Below the pieces are notes generated by a model that worked only from the letters and a program-made list of their open reading frames with translations, was not told the origin of the DNA and ran no database searches. Shown piece after piece: positions 1 to 10,248 of a stretch of 64,000 nucleotides of DNA; the first letter of the stretch is position 1; each line of letters opens with the position of its first letter. Position numbers and translations under genes: made by a program. Origin of the DNA: an uncultured Poribacteria bacterium (GTDB lineage: Bacteria > Poribacteria > WGA-4E > WGA-3G); NCBI GenBank assembly GCA_951813565.1, contig OX638351.1:1280001-1344000 (forward strand). Direction: 5' to 3'.

Positions 1-15
1 ATAACCGCAAACCTA

Positions 16-792
16 TTAGTTGTTATCTTGTGCCATTAGCCTCTGTATATCCTCGGGTTTAATCACCTCATATCCGTTGTCAAGAGCATTCTGTGCCCAG
101 GCCCGTATGCCTTTTGCCATTTCACTCATTCCTGCTGCTTCCATATTATCCGCTATTTTCACATATTCAGAAACGATAATTTCACCATTTGAGTTTACTA
201 ATCTGTTACTCATTGTCATTAAATTCATGAAGAAATTGAAGGCTGGTTGGTCTTCTTCTTTTACCCCTTCTTGCATAATTTGGAACAATTCTGTTGTAAG
301 TTGCTGCATTTCATGTCTCACTTCAGGGTCGCTTGAAGCGTCTACTTTCCCTCCCGCTTTTTCTGTCAATACTTTCATCTGCGCAAAGATTTCCTTTAGC
401 CGTTTTTTGAGTTCGCGTTCCCTCAATTCTTCAGGTGAAAGGATTTCTTCTGCTTCTTCTATTGAAGTAGTTTCCTCATTCATGCCTTCTAAAGTAGAAT
501 CGGTGTCAGTTTTTGTATTTTCTGTTTCTGTGCCAGTGGCTATATATGTGCCATCACCAATGTTTTTGGAAACAGGAATGCTTTCTACAGATTGCGCAGT
601 TTCGTTCAGTTCTGCTTGTAAGTTTCCTGACTGTTGTGTTTCTGCAGATTTATCCAGTTGACTAATTGGTGCATACTTTTGCCGGAAGTTAGCCATGTCG
701 TTTTGAAACCATAGATAACATCCGAGAGCGAAAATTAGGATAAAACCTATCCCTACGAAAAACCAGTTATTGATGAAAAATACTTTAAACAT
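16..792 (-). CDS. Hypothetical protein with N-terminal membrane anchor and acidic/helical body
   Basis: 258 aa ORF; hydrophobic WFFVGIGFILIFALGCYLW near N-terminus; AAGGAG upstream of ATG; no family recognised. Confidence 0.7.
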   Translation of the reverse strand: MFKVFFINNWFFVGIGFILIFALGCYLWFQNDMANFRQKYAPISQLDKSAETQQSGNLQAELNETAQSVESIPVSKNIGDGTYIATGTETENTKTDTDSTLEGMNEETTSIEEAEEILSPEELRERELKKRLKEIFAQMKVLTEKAGGKVDASSDPEVRHEMQQLTTELFQIMQEGVKEEDQPAFNFFMNLMTMSNRLVNSNGEIIVSEYVKIADNMEAAGMSEMAKGIRAWAQNALDNGYEVIKPEDIQRLMAQDNN

Positions 793-973
793 TTTTTTCT
801 CCTTTTCTTGTCAATACAAGTAGACAAGTTTGGTAAATCGCTCCAAATATAAGTAGCCTTTGTAATTATAGATACATTTGTACAGAAAAGGATAGCATTT
901 TTCAAAATGAAGGTGGTTTGAAACGTGAAGAAGGCGAGATTTATAATAAAAGGAGAGGATCGCGGATGTGGCA

Positions 974-1006
974 CAAATCAACGTCGAATGCGTCAATAGC
1001 ATTCGA
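974..1006 (+). repeat. 33-nt hairpin micro-element, copy A
   Basis: CAAATCAACGTCGAATGCGTCAATAGCATTCGA followed by CG; similar to copies at 12618, 15956, 56404, 56523, 56645; may also act as a terminator hairpin for the ECF gene. Confidence 0.7.
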
Positions 1007-1039
1007 CGTCAAGATAGGATTGATTTAGCAGTACCCATA

Positions 1040-4000
1040 CTAATTATCAAGTGAAAAACGTAGCACGCCCTGGCCATCCGTCCCGACATAGAGCGTGTTA
1101 TCATCAACAGCAAGACAGGTAACATGATGTGAGATTTTTGGCGTGACTTGCTGCCATGTGCCAATGTCCCTGTTAAATTGGTATATTTTCTGCTTAGATT
1201 CACCGTAAACCGTTGTGTCATTGACTGCTAATCTGTTCACAACGAGAGGTGTTCCTTCTGCATCAGTGAGTGTATGCCAGTCAGTGCCATTGCCTGACAA
1301 CACGACGCCTTTGTCGGTTGCCACATAGACAAAGTCTCCAGCGAAAACTATCGCTCTAAAACGGTCTACAGAAAATGGAAGATTGGCGGTGACATCGTTC
1401 CATGTGTTTCCCCCATCAACAGACTGCATGAGATGATCATCTTGTTTTCCGACGTAAACAGTATTTCCTGATACAGCAAGTTTAAAACCGATAGTTTCAG
1501 ACCAGTTGAGAGTAAAAAAAGAATTGTCATGACTATCACCTTCATCAAATATGCCTGTATCCAACCATTCAGAAAGACCAGGTTTCCATTTAAAGAGTTT
1601 GTGTATGTATTCCACATAGTACGTCTCCTCATTAAAAGCAAAACTACCAAGCATTGAAGTATAAAAACTTCCCATAATTGTTATTGGTCTTCTATGAGTA
1701 GTATTCATTTCATACAATTCTTCCATTGCTTTGTTTGGGTCATATACATTAAAGGCGGGTACTTTGGAAGCGTCAATGAGTCTATTATCTTTGGTAGATA
1801 AACGGTAAAACCGAGGTGTCCCAATTTTATCATCTCTCACATAGAGTTCCCCGTTAGATTCCGTCATACGCGTTAGATAACCTGTATCGCCAGGAATAGG
1901 TGTCCATGATTCTCCGCCATCAGTTGAACTGAGAAGTCCACTTGGCGTATGCGCGTAGAGGACACCGTTAACAGCAATCAATTCCTTAACATGTGTATTT
2001 ACGAATCCAGTATTGAATTGATGCCACGTTTTTCCGCCATCTGTGGTGCGGTAAATTCCGAATTTTCCAGATCTATAAAAAGTATTCTCATTTAACAATA
2101 CAGAAGCAAAAGCACTCCCCATATCGTTAGTATTGCCCAACGTTTTCCAAGTTTTACCTGTGTTCGTTGAATAGAAATGTTCCTTATCACTTACCACCAA
2201 CACCTGTTTTCCGGAGGCGGCAATATTGAGAAATATTCTAATGCTATGATTATAGGGTAATTCATTATCCTTCTCGCGCCGTGTAAATGTATTCAATAAT
2301 TTGCTCTTAGAAATGACTTTTTTCTCTATATTGTCCTGTGTCGGTGTTATAGGATCCCAGGAATCACCTTGATCGGTAGAACGGAATAGTGACCATCCTC
2401 CTAATGCTGTTTCCGTTGCTCTTCTTGTCAACCAAGAATCGAATCTCATTTTCGAAAAAATTCCAAATTTGAGTTTAGATTGACTCATATTTCTATTAGG
2501 TCTTGCGACATAGAGATTATCTTTTGAAGCTGCTAAAGTAAGTATAGGGTAAGTGTTATTTCTTCGATTTGTTTGATCGTAAAACAATTGTTCCCAAATA
2601 TCTCCATTGAGGCGATAGAGCCCTTTATAGGTGCCGACAAAGACGGTATTTTCAATTGCGGTGATTGCGCGAATTTTCCTGTCTTTTATACCTTCGGGCA
2701 ACGGTGTCCACGATTTACCCGCATTATCTGATCGGAATACTCCTTTTTCATAAGCAAGGTAGATTGTCATATCGCTTTGTCCACCTGGTATTTTATCCGT
2801 GATTACCATGCCAACAAGTTCACCTTTTATACATTCACAAAAAACTTTCCAAGTTTCACCTCCATCTGTAGAAGCAAAAATCTCTTTATCAACAGCGCGG
2901 TAGAGTATATTCTGCCACTCTGCCACGTGCCGGAATACATTCCTTGCTGTTAGTGCATCACGGATGGAATATTTGATGGTGTTTATGAGTTTCCACGACT
3001 GCCCATCATCTGTGAGTCTGTAGAGACCGTTTTTTGACGTTGCATACACGTCACCGTGGTTTGTTGTGAAGAGAGTACCAACTGCACCACCTTCTGGTCC
3101 TTTTACATCACTCCATTGCCGAAGCGGTTCTGATATTTCATCTTCTTCCACTTGTGCTGCAGCAAGCAGTGGTGTGTCCGACTCCTGTCCCGCACCGTTA
3201 CTTTTACTGGGGACATTTACACTGCCAATTTGTGCGCGCACCGCTGGTTTTGCTGGTGTGTCAATGACGAGTTGTGTATCTGTTATTTCAATTGTAGGTT
3301 CCGATTGTGCATTTAAGCTATACGGCTTCTGAAAATGATTTAAGTATTGCGTGCCAGCTCCCATCAGCAATAGGACTAAAACGGCAGCGGCTGCAGATAT
3401 TGCTAATGGTACCAGTGGTTTGTTTCCAGAGGGTGCCGCAGGATTAGAACGCGAAATTTCTTTCATGGTGTTTTCTGTTAATTGTGTAGGCAGTTGGAAA
3501 CTGCTAAGGTTTTCTTTAATCATGTTTTCCTCCTTTTTCAATCGGTTGCGTGCGCGATGAAGTCTACTGCGAACCGTGTTAGGAGATACACCCAAAAACT
3601 TGCCAATATCCTCACATGTCATTTCTGCGATGTAATACAGATTTACGATTGTGCGGTCACTCTCTTGCAGCTTGCTGAGTAGTTTCTGCACTATTGCTCG
3701 CCGTTTTTTGCTTACTGCTTCTTCACGTTGGCGTGTCATATACTCTGAATAATACACCTCCTCTAATTCAATGGGATCAGTTGCTTCTAACGACTGTAGA
3801 GCGAGTTTTTTCTTACGATGCCAATTCTTGCACTTATTGTTGGTAATGACATAGAGCCATCCTGCAAACTGACTGTGATGAGTAAGCGTCGCGAGCTTAT
3901 GATACGCTGTTAGAAAAGCGTCCTGTGCAATTTCTTGCGCAGTGTGAAAATCGCCAATTTTCTGCCATGCTAACGCGTGTATCTGTTTTTGGTATTTTTC

Positions 4001-4072
4001 CACAAGCGCAGTAAAAGCTTGTTGATCACCTTCTAAGGTTCGTTGGATCAGGTCAGCATCACTGTTTTTCAT
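1040..4072 (-). CDS. ECF sigma factor fused to TM helix and BNR/Asp-box beta-propeller (paralog 1)
   Basis: Sigma region 2 (AFTALVEKYQKQIHALAW..AQEIAQDAF..FAGWLYVI) and region 4 (EDIGKFLGVSPNTVRSRLHRAR); TM LAISAAAAVLVLLLMGA; many (S/T)xDxGxxW repeats; start moved to ATG 4072 after GAGG. Confidence 0.9.
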   Translation of the reverse strand: MKNSDADLIQRTLEGDQQAFTALVEKYQKQIHALAWQKIGDFHTAQEIAQDAFLTAYHKLATLTHHSQFAGWLYVITNNKCKNWHRKKKLALQSLEATDPIELEEVYYSEYMTRQREEAVSKKRRAIVQKLLSKLQESDRTIVNLYYIAEMTCEDIGKFLGVSPNTVRSRLHRARNRLKKEENMIKENLSSFQLPTQLTENTMKEISRSNPAAPSGNKPLVPLAISAAAAVLVLLLMGAGTQYLNHFQKPYSLNAQSEPTIEITDTQLVIDTPAKPAVRAQIGSVNVPSKSNGAGQESDTPLLAAAQVEEDEISEPLRQWSDVKGPEGGAVGTLFTTNHGDVYATSKNGLYRLTDDGQSWKLINTIKYSIRDALTARNVFRHVAEWQNILYRAVDKEIFASTDGGETWKVFCECIKGELVGMVITDKIPGGQSDMTIYLAYEKGVFRSDNAGKSWTPLPEGIKDRKIRAITAIENTVFVGTYKGLYRLNGDIWEQLFYDQTNRRNNTYPILTLAASKDNLYVARPNRNMSQSKLKFGIFSKMRFDSWLTRRATETALGGWSLFRSTDQGDSWDPITPTQDNIEKKVISKSKLLNTFTRREKDNELPYNHSIRIFLNIAASGKQVLVVSDKEHFYSTNTGKTWKTLGNTNDMGSAFASVLLNENTFYRSGKFGIYRTTDGGKTWHQFNTGFVNTHVKELIAVNGVLYAHTPSGLLSSTDGGESWTPIPGDTGYLTRMTESNGELYVRDDKIGTPRFYRLSTKDNRLIDASKVPAFNVYDPNKAMEELYEMNTTHRRPITIMGSFYTSMLGSFAFNEETYYVEYIHKLFKWKPGLSEWLDTGIFDEGDSHDNSFFTLNWSETIGFKLAVSGNTVYVGKQDDHLMQSVDGGNTWNDVTANLPFSVDRFRAIVFAGDFVYVATDKGVVLSGNGTDWHTLTDAEGTPLVVNRLAVNDTTVYGESKQKIYQFNRDIGTWQQVTPKISHHVTCLAVDDNTLYVGTDGQGVLRFSLDN

Positions 4073-4107
4073 CGCACACCTCAAAAACAAATTGATCTTT
4101 TAACATA

Positions 4108-4136
4108 TAGACACAATTCGGAGGTCAATAATTGCA
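4108..4136 (-). promoter_or_regulatory. Putative ECF-type promoter TGCAAT-N17-TGTCTA
   Basis: Same position and spacing as the motif upstream of the other three ECF fusions, but more diverged. Confidence 0.45.
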
Positions 4137-4276
4137 CTTTTCTGGAAAAAAATGCAATTATTAAAAAGAAAATGATTTTTCTTGAAAAAGAATGGAAAAA
4201 TGGTGGGACAAGGAAAAAAATTGGTGTTTTTAATGTGGGAAAGAAATTGTTATTGTGCTAAACGAGTGCTATAATT

Positions 4277-5005
4277 TCAATGGGTAAGCGTGTAGACAAT
4301 TGTGTTAATCCCCAATTTGAATGCCATATCGGAAAATTTACGCGGATAAAACGATTCTGCAGCATTCTGCCAAGCATCCCCTAAATCTGTATTAAAGTTA
4401 ATCATCATCATTAGCCTACCTTTATCATCAAACACACCCATACATTTCACTTGATAACCATCCTTTTCATGTGTTCTTCCGCTCCTGTAGGCAGCTGGTG
4501 CGGGGATTTGCATCAGTTTATCAATCTTAAAGAAGCATCGAAAAAGAGGATGTGTCATCGGAATATCTATGGGTTCGCGTTTGGGAAAGATTTTTTTGTA
4601 CTGTTTATAGAACCTTCTCCACTGTTCTGTGCCGTGAAAGTCATCTGTCATGATAAATCCGCCACGCAAAAGATACTCGCGAAGATTTTCAGCTTCTGCT
4701 TTGGAAAGGTTAAGTCGTCCTAATTCTGCTATATATGCAAACGGATAGTCAAAAATTTCAGGTGAACCCACTTCAACAACTTTTTCCTGAGGACTCGCCT
4801 TAATGTCTGTATGTTTGCGAAGTTGAATAAGTAAGTTTCGTTCTGCCGCCGGGTAATCTATATGCCACAAACTCTTATGCCGAAAACTCCCACTATATTT
4901 CAAACGGACAAATGTGAAATCATATTCAATATCTTTACTCATCGAAAGCGGGATGATGAACAATATCAATAGGATAATTGTTATGTAGCCTTTTTTATAT
5001 TTCAT
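4277..5005 (-). CDS. DUF4159-family protein with signal peptide
   Basis: FTFVRLKY..WHIDYPAAERNL..LREYLLRGGFIMTDDF..NTDLGDAW..GINTIVY pattern typical of DUF4159. Confidence 0.75.
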   Translation of the reverse strand: MKYKKGYITIILLILFIIPLSMSKDIEYDFTFVRLKYSGSFRHKSLWHIDYPAAERNLLIQLRKHTDIKASPQEKVVEVGSPEIFDYPFAYIAELGRLNLSKAEAENLREYLLRGGFIMTDDFHGTEQWRRFYKQYKKIFPKREPIDIPMTHPLFRCFFKIDKLMQIPAPAAYRSGRTHEKDGYQVKCMGVFDDKGRLMMMINFNTDLGDAWQNAAESFYPRKFSDMAFKLGINTIVYTLTH

Positions 5006-5120
5006 GGACTTACCAACCTATTGGTTTTAGATGTTTTAGGGTTAGGCTTATGCCGATTTTTTTCGCGTCTTTAGTGATGCAGAATCAATTTGGAGTACAA
5101 TTCTAATTTCGTAAGCTCTT

Positions 5121-5190
5121 ATATTATATTATATTATATTATATTATATTGTATTGTATTGTATTGTATTGTATTGTATTGTATTGTATT
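5121..5190. repeat. Compound pentanucleotide microsatellite (ATATT)6(GTATT)8
   Basis: Read directly from the sequence. Confidence 0.97.
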
Positions 5191-5216
5191 ATAACACAAA
5201 AACCAGAAAAGGTAAA
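5188..5216 (-). promoter_or_regulatory. Putative sigma70 promoter TTTACC-N17-TATAAT with extended TG, for the DUF4159 gene
   Basis: Minus strand TGTTATAAT abutting the microsatellite. Confidence 0.55.
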
Positions 5217-5344
5217 CCCTATTATAGCAGTTGGGTGTGTAAAGTTTTTGTAGAAACCCGCCCTACAGTGGAAAACGCCGCGTAACCATTGCAAATTGAA
5301 CCTATATAACCAAATATTTACACACCCCTTATTCCCTATTTTAT

Positions 5345-5374
5345 TTGACAAACAAATAATGACTAAAGTATAAT
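5345..5374 (+). promoter_or_regulatory. Sigma70 promoter TTGACA-N18-TATAAT
   Basis: Perfect consensus hexamers upstream of the 5707 gene. Confidence 0.7.
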
Positions 5375-5399
5375 GTAAAGCATTGTATTTCTATTATTC

Positions 5400-5555
5400 T
5401 AACCCAAGTTGCTACCTATATCGCGAATGCTCTTGTAGGAGGGGTTTCTAACCCCGATTTAGAAAAGAAAGCATAAGAATTAGCTGGAAATCCTTGTTTT
5501 TCAGTAAAAAGCAATGTCTGCAAGCTTGAAATCTTGTCCGTAGCAACTTAGGTTA
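5400..5555. mobile_element. MITE-like element containing a GTAG-type REP hairpin
   Basis: 16-bp inverted ends TAACC(C/T)AAGTTGCTAC (15/16); TTATTCTAA directly repeated at 5394-5402 and 5553-5561; internal GTAGGAGGGGTTTCTAACCCCG; another copy of the end at 15820-15838. Confidence 0.65.
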
Positions 5556-5706
5556 TTCTAATTACTTGAGCGGACTAATCAATAGATAAACCCATTGCTG
5601 AATCTATTTAAAAACAAAATATCTTAAATTCTGATAGAAGAATTGATGGATTCGTGTTTCTCACATCACTCTGTATAAAGAAATAAAAAAAAACAGATTT
5701 ACAATA

Positions 5707-6432
5707 ATGAATAACGACCAAATAAAATTCAAAAAGGTGTTTAAGATTGCGTTTGCATTACTTCTCTCAATTTCTTTTATTTTCCCAGCATTTAGCCAGT
5801 TTGCAGATTTACCACACGATGCGAAAACAGTAGATTTCGGGATTTCTGGAGACAGTGGTTCGCAAACACTTTCTTTAACCGCAGTCCTACCATTGAAAAA
5901 CATAAACGGTTGGGGAGGTATCTTTGGTTCGCAGGCTTCAGGTGAAGACGGTGTGGATTCTGAAATTATCAAGGTACATCTACAGGGTGGGATGCGTATT
6001 AACAAATTTGGAATCGAAGCATTTACAGACTTAGAACGTAACATTATTAAAGGAAGTGCCTTGACCTCGCAGATTGGGAGTTATATTCGACCAGGGATAT
6101 ATGAAAATGGTACACTTCGCATTTCTGGCGGTATTGGTTACTTTATTGAGAATATTCAACCTTACAAAGACCTTACAATAAGAAAATTTGATCCTACTTC
6201 ATTTCGATGGTTAGCGTTTTCTTCTGTAGGTTGGAAAAAACTGAATGCCGTATTGAAATTTACACCGGAAGTAGGCTTTAAGAATTATAGGTTTTCGGCA
6301 GAACCTGCTCTTACTTTTAACCTTACAACTCGACTCGGATTGCGTTTGAGTGGATCCTTAACATACAATAGCGCACCATTAACCGAGAATTTGCACTACA
6401 AATATCTATCAATTTTGCGAGTCACGCTATAG
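5707..6432 (+). CDS. Probable outer-membrane beta-barrel (DUF481-like)
   Basis: Signal peptide; alternating amphipathic strands; C-terminal strand YKYLSILRVTL. Confidence 0.55.
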   Translation: MNNDQIKFKKVFKIAFALLLSISFIFPAFSQFADLPHDAKTVDFGISGDSGSQTLSLTAVLPLKNINGWGGIFGSQASGEDGVDSEIIKVHLQGGMRINKFGIEAFTDLERNIIKGSALTSQIGSYIRPGIYENGTLRISGGIGYFIENIQPYKDLTIRKFDPTSFRWLAFSSVGWKKLNAVLKFTPEVGFKNYRFSAEPALTFNLTTRLGLRLSGSLTYNSAPLTENLHYKYLSILRVTL

Positions 6433-6563
6433 CGGTTACATTGATGCTTGAATATTCTACAAACAGTGTAATGATATTGGATTGGTGTTCAATTTTTTGG
6501 ATGAGCAATATTCGAAGAACATCTATTTAATGAATATTTTTCTAAAATGAAGGAAATCAAATA

Positions 6564-8969
6564 ATGCTTTCAAAATTGGGACAACAATATCGATCCAGAT
6601 TTGGTGGTAATAATCCGTCTAATCAACAACATGGACACGGTTTTGGTACTGCTCCTGTCTTCCTTGCTTCAATCAGTACAATTCTTGGAGCAATTCTTTT
6701 TTTACGTTTTGGTTACGCTGTAGGGAATGTAGGATTCTTAAAAACACTTGCCATTATTGTGCTTGGACATCTTGTGACTATTCCGACTGTTTTGGCTGTA
6801 TCTGAGATCGCAACGAACCGGCGTGTTGCTGGTGGTGGTGCATACTACATTGTAAGCCGATCATTCGGTACAAGTATCGGTGGGACAATTGGTTGCGCCT
6901 TATATCTTTCGCAAGCGATTTCAATAGCGTTCTATATGGTAGCGTTCGCGGAGGCTTTTGAACCTGTTTTGAGTTGGATAGCGGACTATATATCGAGCTA
7001 CTATCAAGATATTGATAATTCAAATCCAAGCGATCCTATCAATATCAACGCACGTTGGCTCAGCATTCCTTGCACTATCATACTTATCGTAATTATGTTG
7101 TCTAAAGGTGCGAATATTGGGGTGTCAATGTTGTGGGGCATCTGCGCGATTCTTGCAGTATCACTTATCGCTTTTTTTATGGGCGGACCGCCAGAGACCA
7201 TAGATACTTTGCCCGAAGTCATAGGTAAGACTCCCGAAGTTATGGAGGTTCCGCCCGAAGTCGTAGATAAGGCGACCGAAGAAACACGTTTGATAGGTTC
7301 AAGTATCACAGCAAGTGTCCCAAATGGCGATCCTTTTGGCAAGGTTTTCGCTATCTGTTTTCCGGCATTCACAGGAATGATTGCTGGTTTAGGATTATCT
7401 GGTGATCTGAGAAACCCGCAACGCAGTATCCCTCTTGGTACTATCACCGCAACGCTTGCAGGTATGGTCGTTTATGTTCTTGTTGCTATTAAACTGTGGC
7501 AGAGTGCCACACCAGCGGATCTTGCTGACCCAAACAAAATCATTATGGCAGACATATCCGCTTGGCGACCAGCAATTTTTATCGGCTTAGGCGCAGCATC
7601 ATTTTCATCCGCACTTGGTTCAATTATGGTAGCTCCCAGAACGTTACAGGCACTTGCCAGGGACAATGTTCTACCAATTCCAGGTCTGAACCGGCTGATG
7701 CGAACAGGTGTAGGAAAATCACAGGAACCGGTGCCAGCCACTTTTGTGTCAGGTGCTATCGCGGTGGTGTTTGTCGCCATAGGTGAGCTAAACTTCATTG
7801 CCCAGATTCTGACGATGTTCTTTTTGGTGACTTACGGTGCACTATGTGTTGTTTCGTTCCTTGAACATTTTGCAGGCAATCCGTCCTACCGTCCGACATT
7901 TCATTCCCGCTGGTATGTATCCTTATTAGGCACTGTTATGTGCGGGTTGATGATGTTTCAGATAAATGTGTTTTACGCATTCCTCTCAATTTTTCTCATA
8001 TTAGCAATTTACATCGGCCTCCGCCGTGGACACCGTGAACAGCGTGGTATGATAGGAATTTTTCAAGGCGCGATGTTCCAGTTAACCCGTTGGCTGCAGA
8101 CCACCTTACAGAAAAATAGGGCAAATTTCTCGGAAAGTGGTTGGCGCCCTTCAATTGTTGGCATCACCCAATTCGGTGAACGTAGGCTTGGGCATTTCGA
8201 TCTACTGCGTTGGCTCTGCCATCGACAGGGATTCGGACAATTTATCCAATTTTTTCCCGGAGATTATTCGTTCCCTGAAGAAATTTCCGCGCGTATTCAT
8301 GTTGATGCGCTGATCCAACAATCGGAGGCGAGTCGTGCGGGTATTTTTGTAGATTCCCTAATTTGTCCGACTTTCCAACTTGCTTTGGCACAGGTGCTGC
8401 AGATGCCTGGAATTTCTGGCTTACCCAATAATACTATCCTACTCGAATTTGATCATAATCACCCAGAAGAAATTCCGGAGGTTCAGCAAGGTGCAAGTCT
8501 TGCTGTGGAATCGCTATTTAACGTTCTGATTCTACGATCAACTAAACACCGCTTTGGCTATAGATCGTCAATTCATGTTTGGGTAACAGATGACAATTTA
8601 GCCAATGTTCCAATGATGTTGTTGCTTGCTTATATTCTGGTGGGACATTCGGAATGGAAGCGGGCAAAAATCCGCCTTTTTGCATGTTCTACTTCTTGGG
8701 ATACTGAACTTGATGCCGATGAACTCTCAACGGTCATCAAAGAAGGAAGACTGCCTATTTCAATGCAGAATGTAACATCTGTGTCTTATGAAAGTGAAGA
8801 AGCATTGGAGCAAGAAGTAACACACAGATCCGCACAGGCAGATTTAGTTATCACGGGATTAACTATAGAGGATATAAATTCCGGCGACTTAGATCGCGTG
8901 CTGCAACGATACCAAGGGGTGAATGACGTGTTGTTTGTCCACTCAATTGAGCCGATATCGATTGATTGA
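6564..8969 (+). CDS. Cation-chloride cotransporter-like APC transporter (SLC12/CCC family)
   Basis: FGTAPVFLASISTILGAILFLRFG, IATN..GGGAYYIVSRSFG, FPAFTG..G..LSGDL..PQRSIPLGT, WRP motif and long cytoplasmic C-terminus. Confidence 0.85.
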   Translation: MLSKLGQQYRSRFGGNNPSNQQHGHGFGTAPVFLASISTILGAILFLRFGYAVGNVGFLKTLAIIVLGHLVTIPTVLAVSEIATNRRVAGGGAYYIVSRSFGTSIGGTIGCALYLSQAISIAFYMVAFAEAFEPVLSWIADYISSYYQDIDNSNPSDPININARWLSIPCTIILIVIMLSKGANIGVSMLWGICAILAVSLIAFFMGGPPETIDTLPEVIGKTPEVMEVPPEVVDKATEETRLIGSSITASVPNGDPFGKVFAICFPAFTGMIAGLGLSGDLRNPQRSIPLGTITATLAGMVVYVLVAIKLWQSATPADLADPNKIIMADISAWRPAIFIGLGAASFSSALGSIMVAPRTLQALARDNVLPIPGLNRLMRTGVGKSQEPVPATFVSGAIAVVFVAIGELNFIAQILTMFFLVTYGALCVVSFLEHFAGNPSYRPTFHSRWYVSLLGTVMCGLMMFQINVFYAFLSIFLILAIYIGLRRGHREQRGMIGIFQGAMFQLTRWLQTTLQKNRANFSESGWRPSIVGITQFGERRLGHFDLLRWLCHRQGFGQFIQFFPGDYSFPEEISARIHVDALIQQSEASRAGIFVDSLICPTFQLALAQVLQMPGISGLPNNTILLEFDHNHPEEIPEVQQGASLAVESLFNVLILRSTKHRFGYRSSIHVWVTDDNLANVPMMLLLAYILVGHSEWKRAKIRLFACSTSWDTELDADELSTVIKEGRLPISMQNVTSVSYESEEALEQEVTHRSAQADLVITGLTIEDINSGDLDRVLQRYQGVNDVLFVHSIEPISID

Positions 8970-8991
8970 GGGTATGGGTTGGTAGTATCAG

Positions 8992-10221
8992 ATGGATGAA
9001 TTGATTCAACAATTTTTGAAGTTTCTCAACGAAGAGGTTGTAACTTTAGATGCACCAGTAAAAGTCTGGCAAATTCTAATCTTTATTGGGATTTTAGCAG
9101 TGGCGTTAGCCATCGGAGAATTTTTACGTCGATGGTTCCGTCGCATTTTTGATCGGCTAAAGATACAGCAAAACAATGCAAACCGATTGCTTGCGATTCT
9201 TTTTCTTATTGTCATGGTTGTTGGGATTGCTGTTGCATTTAATGTCGCCCAAATTAGCACAGGACTTTTTGGCAGAGTTTTTAATTATCCACTTGCAGAT
9301 CTATTTCAATCTTCCCCAAAACCGGCTGAAAATGTAACAAGGATTTCTTCTTTATTCCCAACATTTTTTGGCCAAAAACCTGCTGTAGTTGATGACGGGA
9401 CCCGTAGATTAACTTTAGCAGGACTTTTTTATGGTTTCGCTATTATCTTCGGTATGTTTGTTCTGTCTAAGTACGCGCAGTTGGGGCTGCAGCGGCAAGT
9501 GTTACGAGCCTTTCAAATTGAGAGGCACACACAGTTCATCATTCTCCGCTTTTTTCACTTCATCCTTATTACTATCGGTGTTCTTATCAGTCTCAATACC
9601 TTGGGAATTAGTTTCACGAGTTTAGCGATAATTTTCGGTGGGTTGAGTATCGGTATCGGTTTCGGTTTACAGAACATCGTATCGAATCTGATTTCAGGAT
9701 TTATTCTAATTTTTGAACGACCTATCAAAATTGGGGATTTGGTGGAGATTATTGACATTAATATATTCGGTAGGGTGAGTAGCATCAATCTTCGTTCAAC
9801 GATTATTATGGCACTTGATGAAAAGGAAATCATTGTTCCAAATTCGCAACTAATTACGGAACCGGTTCATAATCTCACCCATTATAACAATCGCTTTCGG
9901 GTTCGCGTTCAGGTGGGCGTGGCGTATGGTTCAGACGTTGAACTTGTTAAAAACGCATTGATTGAGGTGGCAAATGCTCATCCTGAAGTAATTAAAGAAC
10001 CGACACCTAAAATGGAGAACGTTACTGTGCCGTTTGTCCGGTTTACTAATTTTGGTGAGTCATCCTTAGATTTTGAATTGTTAGCGTGGATCCCAGATTC
10101 TTTTAAACGTTTTGATGTTGCAAGCGACCTTCATTTTTTGGTTTGGGAAAAGTTTAAGGAATATCATATCAAAATCCCATTCCCACAACGGGATGTGCAT
10201 TTTTATTCGGAAGAACGATAG
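8992..10221 (+). CDS. mscS: Small-conductance mechanosensitive channel (MscS family)
   Basis: GIGFGLQNIVSNLISGFILIFERPIKIGD; VGVAYGSD; IPFPQRDVH. Confidence 0.9.
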   Translation: MDELIQQFLKFLNEEVVTLDAPVKVWQILIFIGILAVALAIGEFLRRWFRRIFDRLKIQQNNANRLLAILFLIVMVVGIAVAFNVAQISTGLFGRVFNYPLADLFQSSPKPAENVTRISSLFPTFFGQKPAVVDDGTRRLTLAGLFYGFAIIFGMFVLSKYAQLGLQRQVLRAFQIERHTQFIILRFFHFILITIGVLISLNTLGISFTSLAIIFGGLSIGIGFGLQNIVSNLISGFILIFERPIKIGDLVEIIDINIFGRVSSINLRSTIIMALDEKEIIVPNSQLITEPVHNLTHYNNRFRVRVQVGVAYGSDVELVKNALIEVANAHPEVIKEPTPKMENVTVPFVRFTNFGESSLDFELLAWIPDSFKRFDVASDLHFLVWEKFKEYHIKIPFPQRDVHFYSEER

Positions 10222-10248
10222 GAAATAATTTGGAAATAGTGATCACTG

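Noticed and set aside
20..661. 213-aa plus-strand ORF and the many other antisense ORFs over long genes
   Set aside because: Shadow frames of well-supported genes on the opposite strand, with no motifs
5139..5351. 70-aa ORF ending IQYNTIQYNTIQYN
   Set aside because: Translation of the microsatellite and promoter region; not a credible gene
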